From NCBI RefSeq assembly GCF_018977255.1, contig NW_024704743.1, positions 23,190,001 through 23,254,000 on the forward strand: DNA of 64,000 nt, written 5' to 3'. Origin of the DNA: Callorhinchus milii. Its lineage: Eukaryota. The stretch's first letter is position 1. The number at the start of each line of letters is the position of its first letter. The notes beneath the pieces are model-generated. The model ran no database searches. It had not been told where the DNA came from and saw only the letters and a program-made list of their open reading frames with translations. This document shows positions 49,921-62,705 of the stretch, piece after piece. Both the position numbers and the translations under genes were made by a program.

Positions 49921-50861
49921 CCCAAATAATTATCTAAGCCACTCTCCTCACCCTGTGAAAGGTATGTTCCTTTGTTTATTTTACTGTGGTAAGTTGTTGT
50001 TGTTGTTGCAATGGGATATCAGCTTTGCTTTGATTTTGTTTGGCATGGGGTAGCTCCAATAATGTTGTGGATAGAGCTTCATCTTACAAACCAGATCTGT
50101 TTGGAGAAGGCCAATTGGCCCTGGCTATCCTTTCGGTGAGAAATTTCAAACTCTAAGTCCCTGTCGAATTAGAAACCTATATTGCTTCCGCCAAATATTG
50201 AAATGATAACCCTTCACTCCCTCTGGCAAACCAATGATTCTTGTACTATTCTATTGGCAGCATTTCTCCATATCATTAACATTAATTGCACAATCAACTG
50301 TTTTACTTTTGACCCCCCTGCCACCCCTGTGCTATGTACCAGTCTCTGACTGAGGCATAGAAAGGTGACTTACAAGCCTTTGTTGATGGCCCTGTAAGCA
50401 TTCTGCCCCAAACCACTCCAACACTAATTGTCATTCATAAATGAGCTTCATTCTCACACTTAGTGGGATCCTCAACAGCTATTGGAAATAGTCGACTTTC
50501 TCACGCCATCTGCCTGAGTTGGATCCAATTTCAAGTCTCAGATGGGAATGTATCAAGCTCAGATTCACTTAACCACCAAATCACGTGATGTAGAGACATT
50601 TTGAAACAGGCTTGTCCTTATGATGTCGTTTGACTGTTCCACAATCACAGAAGTCATCTAATCCAGCAGGAAACAAAAGGCTAACTACAAGAGAAATATC
50701 CTCACAGCTGATAAAAAAATAAAAGTAAATGTTAAAGTGAAGAAGTAATGTCTGAGAGGGGGGAGGATTTTTCTATTCACAGACAGATAGTTCCATTTAC
50801 TGTTACGGGGAGGGGAAAGGGGGGACAAAAATCAACCTGGAAGTCAATCGATAGCCCTAGA

Positions 50862-51269
50862 AATAATAATAATCCTTGCATTTGATAAGCGCCTTATCAC
50901 ATCTTTAAGATGTAAAAGACGCTATACAAATGTAATTTGTTGTTGTCTCAAATATTCACAGAATATACTGTAAAGTAAATTGACTGTATATTTTGTGGTG
51001 AAATGTGGCAGCCAATTACGCACAGCAATGTCCCACAAATAGTCACGGATTGAGTCACCAAATTTACAAAAAAATATGTTTTTAAGCGATTATTACTCCC
51101 AGAAAGCAATCTGCCAATCGATTAACAACTGGGTTTCCACTTAACTGCTAGGTAAACAGAGGGGTGTGGAGTAAGGAAACTTGTCTAAGTTTTCACCCTG
51201 TCTGGGAATCGAACCTGGATTTTCTTGCTTGTTAGGTGAGTGTTCTAACCAATATTCTACAGGACTCCA
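50862..51269 (-). mobile_element. SINE family A (long form)
   Basis: Head, core and tail present; a small sense L2-tail stub lies inside at ~50905-50947. Confidence 0.8.
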
Positions 51270-52350
51270 GAGTTTCAATGTGAATGTGATCTGTGATGCA
51301 CAAAAGATACCAAGAACATCCAGCTGATTCCCGCCTCCCCTTTTTTGTCTTCCACTGGACACCACTATCTTTATTCAGCACTTGACACAACAGATTGGCA
51401 TTTATAACCACCTGTGCTCAGCCTCGTCGCCCCACCCAATGGACCCTGTTTTAAAGATCGCATTGGTGAATTTGAGTGCTTTACCCATCACTGGGGAAGT
51501 GAGAGCAGCCATTAATTTTATGACTAGACTGGCATTTCAATCTAGCAATGGGACAAGGTACTAAGGTGTGTTGAGTAGGAGATGAATGCACTGTTCAGGA
51601 AAGTTGGCAGGTTCATCCATTAATACAAAAGTGCAGAACATCAATTGGAGGCACAGCTACAATTTTATGCTCTTGGGTGTTGTACATGTTTTGTGACACA
51701 GGTGGTGACAGGTGGTGTAATGCTATAGATTAACCAAAACATCTTACATTCCACTATTGTGACAGTGATCGATGAGGCAAAGAAGATGCCTCATTTCACA
51801 GGCATCCTATTGGTAATCAACATGACTAATTTGTTTAAATGGGACAACTAACTACTGTACAAGATTGTCTTGTGAAGAACATGGGTCCTGTCTAAACCCA
51901 TGATTGATGAACACATTGTACATATGCCAGAACATCAGAAGGCCTGCAGACACTCAAGACAAACATTTAGGGTTCATCCAACAGTCTATTGATGCTACTT
52001 GATGATGGCTGGGCGTCCTGTTTCTTGGCCAACCAGATGTTAAAAAGAGATGGAGACCAGTTTTCTTCATATCCAGATTTCTAATATTAATCCAGTTGGC
52101 AACTATACTGGGATGGGGTTTGCTTCTGCATTAAACATTGTCAATATCTCCACTTTTTGCTATGCATTGTGACATACATTTAGAAACACATGATATTTTA
52201 GGAGCAGTGAAATATCTCTCTCCCTTTTTAGTTGATCTGAAACTCTATGGTCCCACTTTATTCAAAGACTTGTCTGATGTCTTTGAATCATTTACACTTT
52301 TTGCTTTAATAACAACAACAGTTTGCAGTTGCACAGCACCCTTCACATAG

Positions 52351-53425
52351 GTTTTTTTTTTGGTCAGCCGGGTGTCTGACACACGCGGAAACCCATCACT
52401 GTGCTTAAGAGTATCCAAACCAAACTGAGAATTCCATACTTTCCACCTACACAAGGAAATCCCAGAGACAGATTGTTGAAATGGAATGTGCACTCTCTCC
52501 CTGGAGGGACACATCCCGCTTACCTAATTCTGGAAAGCATTAGGTGTAGGTTGGCAAGAGCCAAGGCTTGAGGACACCAAAGGGTGTTTTGTGGTACTGA
52601 GGGAGTGTAACCAGCTAAAAACACATAGTTTGCCATTGAGAGTCCTGTCCGGCAAGCTTTCATCCATGTGTGTCATAAGCAGTGCTCTGGAATACTGCAG
52701 ACTCGCATGCCCCAGGAACCAAACAGCAACAACAAGATTCCATTTATAGAGCGCCTTTCACGTCGGGAGGACGTCCCAAGGCGCTGTACAGTTGGGTCAG
52801 GACCCGAGCAAGGGGGAAATGGTGAGGGGAGGGAAGGGAGAGAGCGAGGAGGGGGTAGAGAGTCGAGAGAGGAGCTGAAGGCACGGTCAAAGAGAAGGGT
52901 CTTGAGACCGGCCTTGAAGGAGGAAAAATGAGGAAGCGGCGAAGGCACTGGGGATAGAGTTCCAGAGCCTCGGGGCTGAGAGGCTGAAGGTCCAGCCACC
53001 GATGGTAGGGCGGTTGGGGCGGAGGATGTGGAGTAGACCGGAGCCAGAGGAACGGAGGGCACGGGCAGGTAAGTAGGGGGATAGTAGGTCAGAGAGGTAG
53101 GAGGGTGCAAGGCCATGAATGGCCTTGTAGGTGAGGATGAGGATCTTGAATTCGATCCTCTGGGGGATGGGGAGCCAGTGGAGGCGAGTGAGGGTGGGAG
53201 TGATGTGGTCGCGAAGCCTGGTGCGGGACAGTACACGAGCTGCAGAGTTCTGAAGGTGCGGGACAGTACATGAGCTGCAGAGTTCTGAGTACCAAGACCA
53301 CCACAGAGGTCTGGCTCGATTCCGACATTACATTGCCAAGCATGTCTCCTTAGAGGTGAGTTAGATCACCTCTAAGGACACCTTGTTTATTTCCCCCACC
53401 CCCCACTCGGGAAGGAATAAACAAG
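52351..53425 (-). repeat. Family X full copy split by a young L2 (52722-53288)
   Basis: tttttttttggtcagccgggtgtctgacac marks the 3' end; the 5' part resumes collinearly at 53289. Confidence 0.85.
52722..53288 (-). mobile_element. Young 5'-truncated L2
   Basis: Near-identical to 43603-44215. Confidence 0.93.
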
Positions 53426-53429
53426 ATAG

Positions 53430-53850
53430 CATCTCGGAGTACTTTACAAAGATGGGGTTTGGTGCAGGGGGAGGCGGCCATAAATCCAGGAGCAAATGAC
53501 CATGTTCAGACAGGAGGTATTAAGACAGACTTCAAGATAGATAGAGAGCGTGAGATGGAAGGACAGAGGGAGGGAGTTCCAGAGGTCAGGGGCAAAGAAT
53601 CTGACAGAGAGGCCAGGGAGGATCCGGAGATCAGAGTAGAAGAGCAGAGATTGACAGGTGTCAAGAAGGATGGCTTCCGTATTATCCATTTTGAGATGGA
53701 AGAAATTGTGTCTCATTCAGGCCTTGGTATCTGACAAGCAGACAAATAGAAAATCAGTGGATCTGGAATCAAGAGTAGAAGTGCAAAAGAAGATTTGGGT
53801 GTCATCTGCATACATGTGGAAGTTAACCTTATGTCTGCTGTTGAGTTTAA
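53430..53850 (-). mobile_element. Old L2 3' fragment with internal deletions
   Basis: FHMYADDTQIFF, CLSDTKA and APDLWNSLP motifs. Confidence 0.75.
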
Positions 53851-54282
53851 AATTACGGCCAGCAGTGGACTTAACCCCTCTGTTGAAGCCTGGGAACAAA
53901 GGTGCCAGAAAAAAACATCTGATTCTGTTCAACTGAAATTTTAAATCGAAACTGGTGAACAGAGGAACCAAAGTCACTTGTATTTTATGTTCAACAGCTT
54001 GTATACTTAATAAGGCAGAAGGACATATAATTTTGCATTGATTCAATAAGCAGAGTTACAGTAGGGAAGGTAACAATATTGTACTGTTATGCTCAGGTAT
54101 AACATGGCACTGTGGTGACAGTTCATAGGTAGTAGCCAAACTTCTCTTGCTCTTGTTTTTTGTTTTTCTTGTTTCAGGAACGCAGATAATAGCACGCGTT
54201 GAATCTCATGCAGTTGTGTTGCAGCTACATTCTTGTATTATCGCAGGCTGTACATTTTTTCTATTTTCTTCTGATGTTGCTG

Positions 54283-55025
54283 ATGTTACCTCCTTAATGG
54301 GGAGGTAAACTGGGTTCCCTTGGAGCTGAACTGGCTCCAAGGTGACATGCCTGGCAGCGGAATGTTGGAATCGCGCCAGCCCTCTGTGGCGGTCTTGGTA
54401 ATTCGGTTCCTGAGCCAGGCAGGTCCGTGGTATTCCAGGGCACTGCTGATAATAATATTAATAATAATAATAATAATCCTTGCATTTGATATTGCGCTTT
54501 TCACTTCTTCTAGACATCTCAAAACGCTTCACAGAATATACTGTAAAGTGAATTGACTGTATATTTGTGGGCTATGATGATAGCATAGCCAGCCTATTGG
54601 CATTGGCAGGACCTGGAAGGGCAGACCAGTCACTGGGGGCAGAGAGTCATCCCACTCAGCTCCTGTTAACCCTGCAAGCCAAAACCCAAATGGGTAGGGT
54701 GGTCCGAGCAGGACAAGTAGTGGGAAAACTTGCTGGACAGCAATATCAATGGCAAACTATGCAGTTTTAGCTGGTTAGACTCCAGCAATACTCCATTGCA
54801 CACTCTTAGGGTTCCAAGCCTTGGCTCTTGCCAACTGTTCCTAATACTTTTTGGAATTAGGTAAGTAGGATGCAGCCCTCCAGGGAAAGAGTGCACATTC
54901 CATTCCTACAATCTCTGGGATTTCTATGTATAAGTGGGATGTATGGAAAGCCCAACTTGGTTTGGATACTCTTAAGCATGATAATAGGTTTCCACTTGTG
55001 TCAGACACCTGGCTGGCCAAAAGAA
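54283..55025 (+). repeat. Family X full copy interrupted by an antisense SINE A 3' fragment (54449-54572)
   Basis: Best-preserved 5' hairpins; ends gtgtcagacacctggctggccaaaagaaa. Confidence 0.88.
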
Positions 55026-55734
55026 ATTGAAATTGCTGGAATTGCTGGAACCTTGAACAGATGAGGTCGAGTGGCTCAAGTCAAGAGTGAGGAGAGCAAG
55101 ATGTACTCACTCTCATCAACTCGGACTGATCACACAGACTGAACAAAATGTGGCTTAGCTTTACTTCTTTTATCATTGTCCTTTGTTTAACATCACGATG
55201 ATCCTTGTGAATTTGCACATTCTCATCCACCTGACAGTTGTTAAAAAGGCTGGCACTGTCCTTCTGGGCTGATTCTGATTCAGAAAATGCAGGGCCATTA
55301 CATCAGCCATTAACAACTGTGATAAATACACTTCTTTCTTCTGAACCAGTTTAACTCTTCAAAGTACAAAGTACTGATATTTTCCCATAACATTTTATCT
55401 AGAGTTATACCAACTGCCCCATAACATACATCAGGTTTAGCTAGAAATTCTACAATTCAGCTCAATTTAATTAGGCTTACATTTCAAATTCAATACTAAA
55501 TAGTGAGCATAGGTAACTTCCACCTGATGAAAACAATCAATTCATAATCTAGTTTGTCATTCCACAGGACAGCTTGACACTAGCTAACAAGCGTAAGCAT
55601 TCCTAACTGAACTAAAACAATATTTTAAACAATAATCTATTTCAGATCACAACACTGCAGATGTCATCACCAAGATGGAGCTTATATATGAGAAAACGGA
55701 GGGGGCTGAAGATGGAGGCTCTCTTTAGGTGATT

Positions 55735-56110
55735 AATAATAATAATCCTTGCATTTGATATAGCACCTTATCACATCTTTGCGACCTCTCAGAGCACTTC
55801 ACAGAATATAATAATAATAATCCTTGCATTTGATATAGCGCTTTTCACGTCGGGAGGACGTCCCAAAGCGCTTCACAGAACACACTGTAAAGTGAATTGA
55901 CTGTATATTTTGTGGGCGAACGCGGCAGCCAATTGCGCACAGCAGTGTCCCACAAAGAGTTGTGGATTAAATGACCAATTTATTATTATCTTTGTTTTTT
56001 TAAAGGAATTGTTACCCCCGGAAAAGCGATCCGCCAAAGCGACTAATAACCGGGTTCCTACTTACTGCTAGGTAAACAGCGACATGTGGAGTAAAGAAAC
56101 TTACCCAACA
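55735..56110 (-). mobile_element. Two tandem SINE family A pieces (tail fragment plus long form)
   Basis: aataatccttgcatttgatatagc occurs twice, at ~55741 and ~55815. Confidence 0.85.
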
Positions 56111-57544
56111 AATTTGTGCTCATATTGAATGAGTTTCCTAAGATATTAAAGGTCAAAATTCTACCTCATCTCAACGTGTAAAACTGAAGTTAACAATGTT
56201 CCACAATCACTGGGTGCAACATTTTAAAATTTAAGTCAAAATGGTCTTACAGGCCAAGACTAAGTGCGATTTCAGGCTTGAAGAGTTCCTGCAGGACAAT
56301 GTGTACTTTAACACTGGAACACAAATATTTCATTATCTCCAGCACAAGCTCAGTGAAGTTACATCACTTTGTGCATCTTTCTGTCATTGTTTAATGTGAT
56401 CTGCTTCACTTCTAGTGTTAGTCCTGAGAATGACTATTGGTTTTCTTGAATATTGAAAGGCTTTTGATCAAGGAGAAAAGGGGAAATCTTGTGAGGGTTG
56501 GTTTTAATTAGCATTTGGCGCAATTTGGCTGCTATGCTTTTCTGCTTCCCTATGAACCAATGGATTAGCCTCTGAACCATCTTGACTGCAACAACCTAGG
56601 TGTCTCTTGCTTCCATTGCTAGGTATCTATAAATGTCTTTCCTGTTAGAGTTCAGAAACCCCCAGTGTCCAGTGATTAATGCTGAAGGAAAGGTCACAAG
56701 TATATTTGTACTCCCGCAGAATGCATTCTGTTCCAAATGAGGGCAATAAAAAAACCAGCTCTAATTTGAGGATATAAAATAAATTCAAACAAATTAGCAT
56801 CACTACTAATTCTTTCTGCTAATTCTTTGTATAATGAGCTACAAAATCCAATTTAAGTGGTCCCCTAATGGCGTGAAATATCTCAACGTTAAGATAACTA
56901 TCAGTTTAAGAGTCACGTGATTCATTACCACTTGCAATTTTCTAAAGAAGATCGGATGATGTGAATCACTGAAATTGCTTTACTTACTACTCAGCTTGGC
57001 TTCTTTTTGATGTTGATACACCTCCTTAAGTAAGATTGAATAAATTAGTGATAGGCCGGACACTCCTAAAATGAGCATTTCACCAAAATTAATTACTGCC
57101 TGCATACTGCATATAATCTCAGCTCAGCCTACACAAATTCTTATGTAATTATGGATTGATAAATTATGCCAGCGTATTACGTGTTCAGAGAAAAACAGCA
57201 TCTCTTGGACTCATCAACACCTGCAGCTAAAGGGAGATGAATGAGCTTGTCTTCCCAGATCCTTATCTCTACTATCGCACTTTTCTCCTGACAGATAGTT
57301 AGACGTTGCCAAAAAATGTACCCACTGATCACAGCCTGCAAGACTGTGAAGGGCTAGTTTCTCACAAATAATACTTAAGTACTTGTTTTATTCCAGTGTT
57401 AAAGAAAGTGAGCTAAGTGACAGAGTGGCTTTACGCTCCTCAGAAGTGTTGTATTTTTGATTAATGGCCTCTTTCTGTGCTATATAATTCTATAATTCTA
57501 CGATTCTATGATTCTAAGCTTGCAGGGAGTTTCTTGTACCTGCC

Positions 57545-57837
57545 CTGACACTATTCTCAATGGCAAGCAATGTGGGTCAAACTGTACCTCCAGCAGTACC
57601 CCAGTGCACACCTCTGGGGTCCCCAAGTTTTGGTCCTTGCCAACTGGTGCCTAATACTCTCGGGAATTGGACAAAGAGAGTGCACCCCTCCAGGGAGAGA
57701 GTGCACATTCAATTCCAGACACAGGAAAGTTTCCAGATTTAGGTGGAGTACATATGTGGAACTCTTGATCTGGTTTGGATGCTCTTAAGCAACGAAAATG
57801 GCTTCTGCATGTGCCAGAAATCTCCCTCCCTGAAAAA
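57545..57837 (+). repeat. Family X 3' fragment
   Basis: ggggtccccaag...ccctccagggagagagtgcacatt...ctcttaagca. Confidence 0.75.
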
Positions 57838-58361
57838 CAGCTTCACAGTGTGAACGGAACCAGGAAATCTGAATCCAGCATATCCCAACACATTCAATGT
57901 GCTAAATATTTAATCTACTGCAAAACTCAAATCAAAGTTACAATGTATATTAGTTTTAGTGCACTAAGTGAATTTTTATTCATTATATCTGTATCTAGAG
58001 AAACCGTAATATTCCAAACACATCTTAATATTTCAGACTCTCCAAAGAAAATTAATCAAAATCATTTTATTGTATCATCACTGATGATTCTGCCATATCC
58101 AGACTGTGAGTCTGCCACAGAAAATACAGAATCCGGAGGAGCAAATACCATTATATCGTTAAAAAAAATAACTAAACTTTAAAAAGAGGGCAGTTGGGAC
58201 CAATTTCTGAGGTATCTACAGAAGGCTCTTCCACAAGCCATTGCTTTATTACACGTTATGCCAACAAATTGCATTTAAATTCATACAGTACCCTTCACTT
58301 AGGATGAATGTCTTGAAGCCTTCACAGACTTAATAGGGAGGATGAAGGAGGGAAAGTGAGA

Positions 58362-58722
58362 ATACCTTGATTCCAGGACCCTGCCGGCCTGACAGAATGT
58401 TTGTCAGACATCAAGTCCTGGAAGAGAGCTAACTTTCTTCAATTGAACGTCAACAAGATTGAGGCCCTCCTGATTGGCTCCCGTCAGTGCCTCCTCACCT
58501 CAGGCGCTGACAGCATCACCATCCATGGTTGCACACCCCACCTTGCTAAGCCAGTCCAAAACCTTGGCATCTTGTTTGACCCTCAACTATCCTTTCTACC
58601 CCAAATCTGCACCATGACCCGCTCTGCCTTCCCCACCTACGCAACATCGCCCGGCTCCGCCACTGTCTCACACCACAGGCAGCCCAAACCCTTATACATG
58701 CTTTCATTACATCATCCACCTG
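58362..58722 (+). mobile_element. L2 RT C-terminal fragment
   Basis: [27 protein letters not shown]...VQNLGILFDPQLSF. Confidence 0.85.
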
Positions 58723-58734
58723 GGTAGCAAATAC

Positions 58735-59510
58735 AGTAGAGTGGGTTATTTTTTAGAAGGGGAGAGATTGGAATGTGTTGGTGTCCAGAGGGACTTGGGT
58801 GTCCTTGTACACTAATCACAGAAAGTTAGTCTGCAGGTGCAGCAGCAATTAGGAAGGCGATCGGTATGTTAACATTCATTATAAAAAGATTAGAGTATAA
58901 GAGTAGGGAAGTCTTGCTGCAACTGTATAGGGCCCTGGTGAGACCACACCTGGAATACTGTGTCCAGGTTTGGTCTCCTCATTTAAGGAAGGATGTACTT
59001 GCCTTGGAGGGGGTGCAGCGTAGATTTACTAGGTTAGTACCAGGGATGAAGGAGTTGAGTTACGAGGATAGGTTGACCAATTTGGGCCTATATTCTCTAG
59101 AATATAGAAGAATTAGAGGGGATCTTATAGAAACCTATAAGATCATCAAAGGGCGTGATAGAGTAGATAGTGGGAGATTGTTTCCCCTGGTTGGAGAAAC
59201 TAAAACCAGGGGTCACAACCTTAAAATCAGAGGCCAGCCCTTTCGCACTGAGTTGAGGAAGAACTTCTTCACTCAAAGGGTGGTGAATGTATGGAACTCA
59301 CTACCCCAAAGGGCTGTTGACGCTCAGTCCTTGAACATATTCAAGACTGAGATAGATAGATTTCTTATTGCAAAAGGGATTAAGGGATATGGGGATAAGG
59401 CAGGGTCAGGTTATTAGCTGGAGCTAGATTAGAAGATCAGCCATGATTGAATGGTGGGGCAGGCTCGAAGGGCCGAATGGCCTATTCCTGCTCCTACATG
59501 TTATGTTATG
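58735..59510 (+). mobile_element. Young 5'-truncated CR1 with intact ORF2 C-terminus (58866-59417) and 3' UTR
   Basis: 183-aa open frame with LYRALVRPHLEYCVQVWSPHLRKD...TRGH...FFTQRVVNVWNSLP; tail gttatgttatg. Confidence 0.95.
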
Positions 59511-59721
59511 AAAGTACGCAATCTAAATTACTTAACTCCATTGTTCAGTATATTTGCCTTCATAACAACATTTGCTTTGATTTCTAATTAATTATGTTAT
59601 CAAAAGTGCTTTGAGTCATTTTAGATGAATCTAAATGCAAATTATCATTATTATTATAATGGTCTTTTTTCTCCCACTAATATCAATTCAGTTGTAGTAT
59701 TGAGTCTACGCACATGATACA

Positions 59722-60047
59722 ATGTGGGGAGTCCTGTAGCTCAGTGGTTAGAGCACTCGCCTTGCAAGCGAGACACCTGGGTTCAATTCCAGGCAGGGCA
59801 AAACCTTGGGCAAGTTTCCTTCCTCCACACGCCTAATAATAATCCCTCCAAAAATCAAAACAATAATAAATTGGTCATTTTCAATCCACGACTGTTTGTG
59901 GGACACTGCTGTGCGCAATTGGCTGCTACGTTTTGCCCACAAATATACAGTCAATTCACTTTATGGTCTATTCTGTGAATCTCTTTGAGACATCTAGAAG
60001 ACATGAAAAGCACTATATCAAATGCAAGGATTATTATTATTATTATT
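59722..60047 (+). mobile_element. SINE family A (short form), full length; tRNA-Ala(TGC)-like head
   Basis: gagtcctgtagctcagtggttagagcactcgccttgcaagcgagacacctgggttcaattccaggc; anticodon arm ctcgc-cttgcaa-gcgag. Confidence 0.92.
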
Positions 60048-60730
60048 TAGCACCTTTCAGGTCGGGAGGCATCTCAAAGTACTTCACAAGATATACTGTA
60101 AGGTGTAATGATTGTGAGTTTTGTAAGCGAACATAGCAGTCAATTTGTACAGAGCAATGTCCCACAAACAGCCGTGAAATAATTGCACAATGTTTTATTT
60201 TGGGGATTGTTGGCCAAGACTTGGGGAAACTCCCTTCTTTTTTCAAATAGTAAAATGGGATCTTTAATATTTATTTGAACAGATAGATGGGACCTTGGTT
60301 TAATGTCTTATTCAAAGGACAGCAATTTTTAAATGGGATTGGAAACGTAAACCACCAGATCAATACTTCAGAATGCAACATGACAGTAAAACAAGAGGAC
60401 GTATGCCTAGAGTTGTAAAAGACAATTTGAGGACAGATACCTGGAAGTCTTTCTTTACTCAGAGGGGTCTGAAAAAGGTTGACAGGAAAGATGGTGCTGT
60501 GATGAGCGTGTGGTAGGGTGGGTGTTCAGGAAGGATGAGATCAGAGGAGTTGAAAGGCATTCTTCATCCAAACCAATCTTGTAATCTTGTGACCTCTGAC
60601 AATGCAGTGCTCCCCGAGCATTCCAGTAGAGTGTCAGCCTGAATTATGCGAGTCAAAAATCCTGACCATGGGCCTTCAAGCCAAAACCCTGTGACTCACT
60701 GGTAAAACTGTTACCAACTGAGCCAGGCTG
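60035..60730 (-). mobile_element. DeuSINE family B split by a CR1 fragment (~60370-60592)
   Basis: Body at 60035-60325 and head at 60595-60730. Confidence 0.7.
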
Positions 60731-61624
60731 TATTCTCAGCTGATTATAGAGTGAGGGTATGGGATTCCTCTCCTATATCGCTAAATGCTGATGACTCATT
60801 TTGATCACAGCAAGTGTTTGGATGCAGCACCTTCACACTCCCATTCTTCAATGGGATTCAATTCAAATTTAATTGAGTTGACAAGCACAAGAAATAACAC
60901 AGTGGTATATCAGTTGTGCTACTAAGCATGCAATTGCAATGTAAGAAAGACAATCTTTTGCTTCTGTAACAAGTGGCACTTTTGAATGAATAAATTATTA
61001 TTAAGCCACTTCCTTTGAAGTCTTGGGATAATTTGAAGATCAGAAGAGCATATGCAGGAAAAGGTTGGAATGTTCAATCAGCCTCTCATTTTAATTGCCA
61101 TACAATTAAAGTTAATTAAAATCTTCCCCCAAAGGCATGTCACGTGAACGGTTGCCATTGCCATTGCCACGGTTACACACCTGGCCGGTTTGATCTGTGC
61201 TGGGTAACCAGTTGACTGGTAGTGAGTTACAAAGTAATATTTCAGTTGAGCAGTTCTTATGATATCATAAAACATGAGAACAGCGCTCAGCGGGTTATGA
61301 ACATTAACAGAACTGCAAGCGAGAATTACTGTCTTAAATGCAATTCCACACTTTTATATTTGATCCATATGCCCGCTGTGTATTTTGCCTCTCTGACTTG
61401 GGGATTCCAGGCTCCCTTAGCTAAAGTTTAAGATTTTAGTTTAGTTACTTTGATGCTGAAGCAACCCCCTATTATAGAGGTATATTTGCGATATTTGATG
61501 CGATAATTATCATACCACTCATTGCAAACTTCCCACCCAATATTATAGCAATGCTACTAATTAAATGTTAGGAAAGAATATTAAAAATAAGAGACAGTTT
61601 AACTTTACACTGCCAGCAAATCTT

Positions 61625-62095
61625 AGGACCACCAGGATGATATCAGGGTTGGCAGGTTAATGCTACCAGGATAGAATGGATAGGCTGGGCCTTTTTTCCT
61701 TGAGAGGAGACTTGTAAGAGAAGACCAAATAGAGGTGTTTAAAAATTATAAAAGGGTACAATAAGGTTACCATAAATTAGCTGCTCTCACTGGATGGAGA
61801 GTCTGTAACCAAGTGACACAAGTGTAAGATGGTGGGGATCTAAAGGAGAATTTAGGAGGAAATACTTCGCACACAGAGGATAGTAAAATTGTGGAACTCA
61901 CTGCCTGGAGTGGTGGTTGAATCAAATAGTGTAGATAGATTCAAAGAGAAGCTAGACCTTCACATGAGGGAGTGGGGATTAGAAGGATATTAGGAGGGAG
62001 TACGGAGTGGAGGCCGTGTGGAGTATAAACACTGGCATGCACTAATTAGGCCAAATGGTCTGTTTCTATGCTATACATCCTTTGTAACTCTTGAA
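61625..62095 (+). mobile_element. CR1 3' end, diverged
   Basis: IEVFKII and LWNSLPGVVVE-like sequence plus a CR1 3' UTR. Confidence 0.7.
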
Positions 62096-62519
62096 CTTCT
62101 GTCTTCCTGGGCCAATGCGTTCTGTAGGGATTTTTTGTGCTGAAAAATAATAATAAAAATTATCCCTGTATTTATATAGTACCTTTCATGTTGGTAGGAT
62201 ATTTCAAAGCTCAATACAGGAATCAAGGTGCTCAAACACCAGGAATAGCTTGATCCCTGTAATAGTAATCCTAACCTGCTGAAATCATGTCAGTGAGTAT
62301 CAGAGTCACCTGATGATGAGATTTCCATTCTTATAAACTCACTAAACAAAACAAATTCTTGGCGACTCTTTGTATCATGAAACACGGAAAGATGTTAACC
62401 TGTTTCAAGTAACAATGGGTATAATGTAGTTTGTTTAGTGTTCACCCCGTGATATGATGGGTGTACTCTGAGACACTATCTTGCTTGAAGGGCACTATAT
62501 AAATCCAAGTTGCCAGGTT

Positions 62520-62705
62520 AGAGAGGGGCAAAATTCAAATAATGACCCCACTCACAATCACAACCCAGTGGTATCATTGTAGGTGAGAGTGTGGACGCAG
62601 GGGAATAGATCGATATTTGCCAATGATGTATCAAGGCTTGAAAGACCCCCTGACAATCAATTCTAGGCTCATATATGAAGCATTGCCACTTCAATAAAGT
62701 ACCAT
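62520..62705 (+). mobile_element. AmnSINE2-like relic
   Basis: cccagtgg...gtgtggacg...tctaggctcatatatgaagcattgccactt...gtacca. Confidence 0.4.

Noticed and set aside
54770..54830. Twister-ribozyme-like motif (taa...ggtccccaagcc) in family X
   Set aside because: The downstream P2'/pseudoknot purine strand is absent.
59727..59800. tRNA-Ala gene
   Set aside because: It is the SINE head, continuing into the core and tail, and occurs in many copies.
62310..62350. ctgatga-tgag...ctca-ctaaac as a hammerhead
   Set aside because: The GAAA core is not intact and the spacing is wrong.
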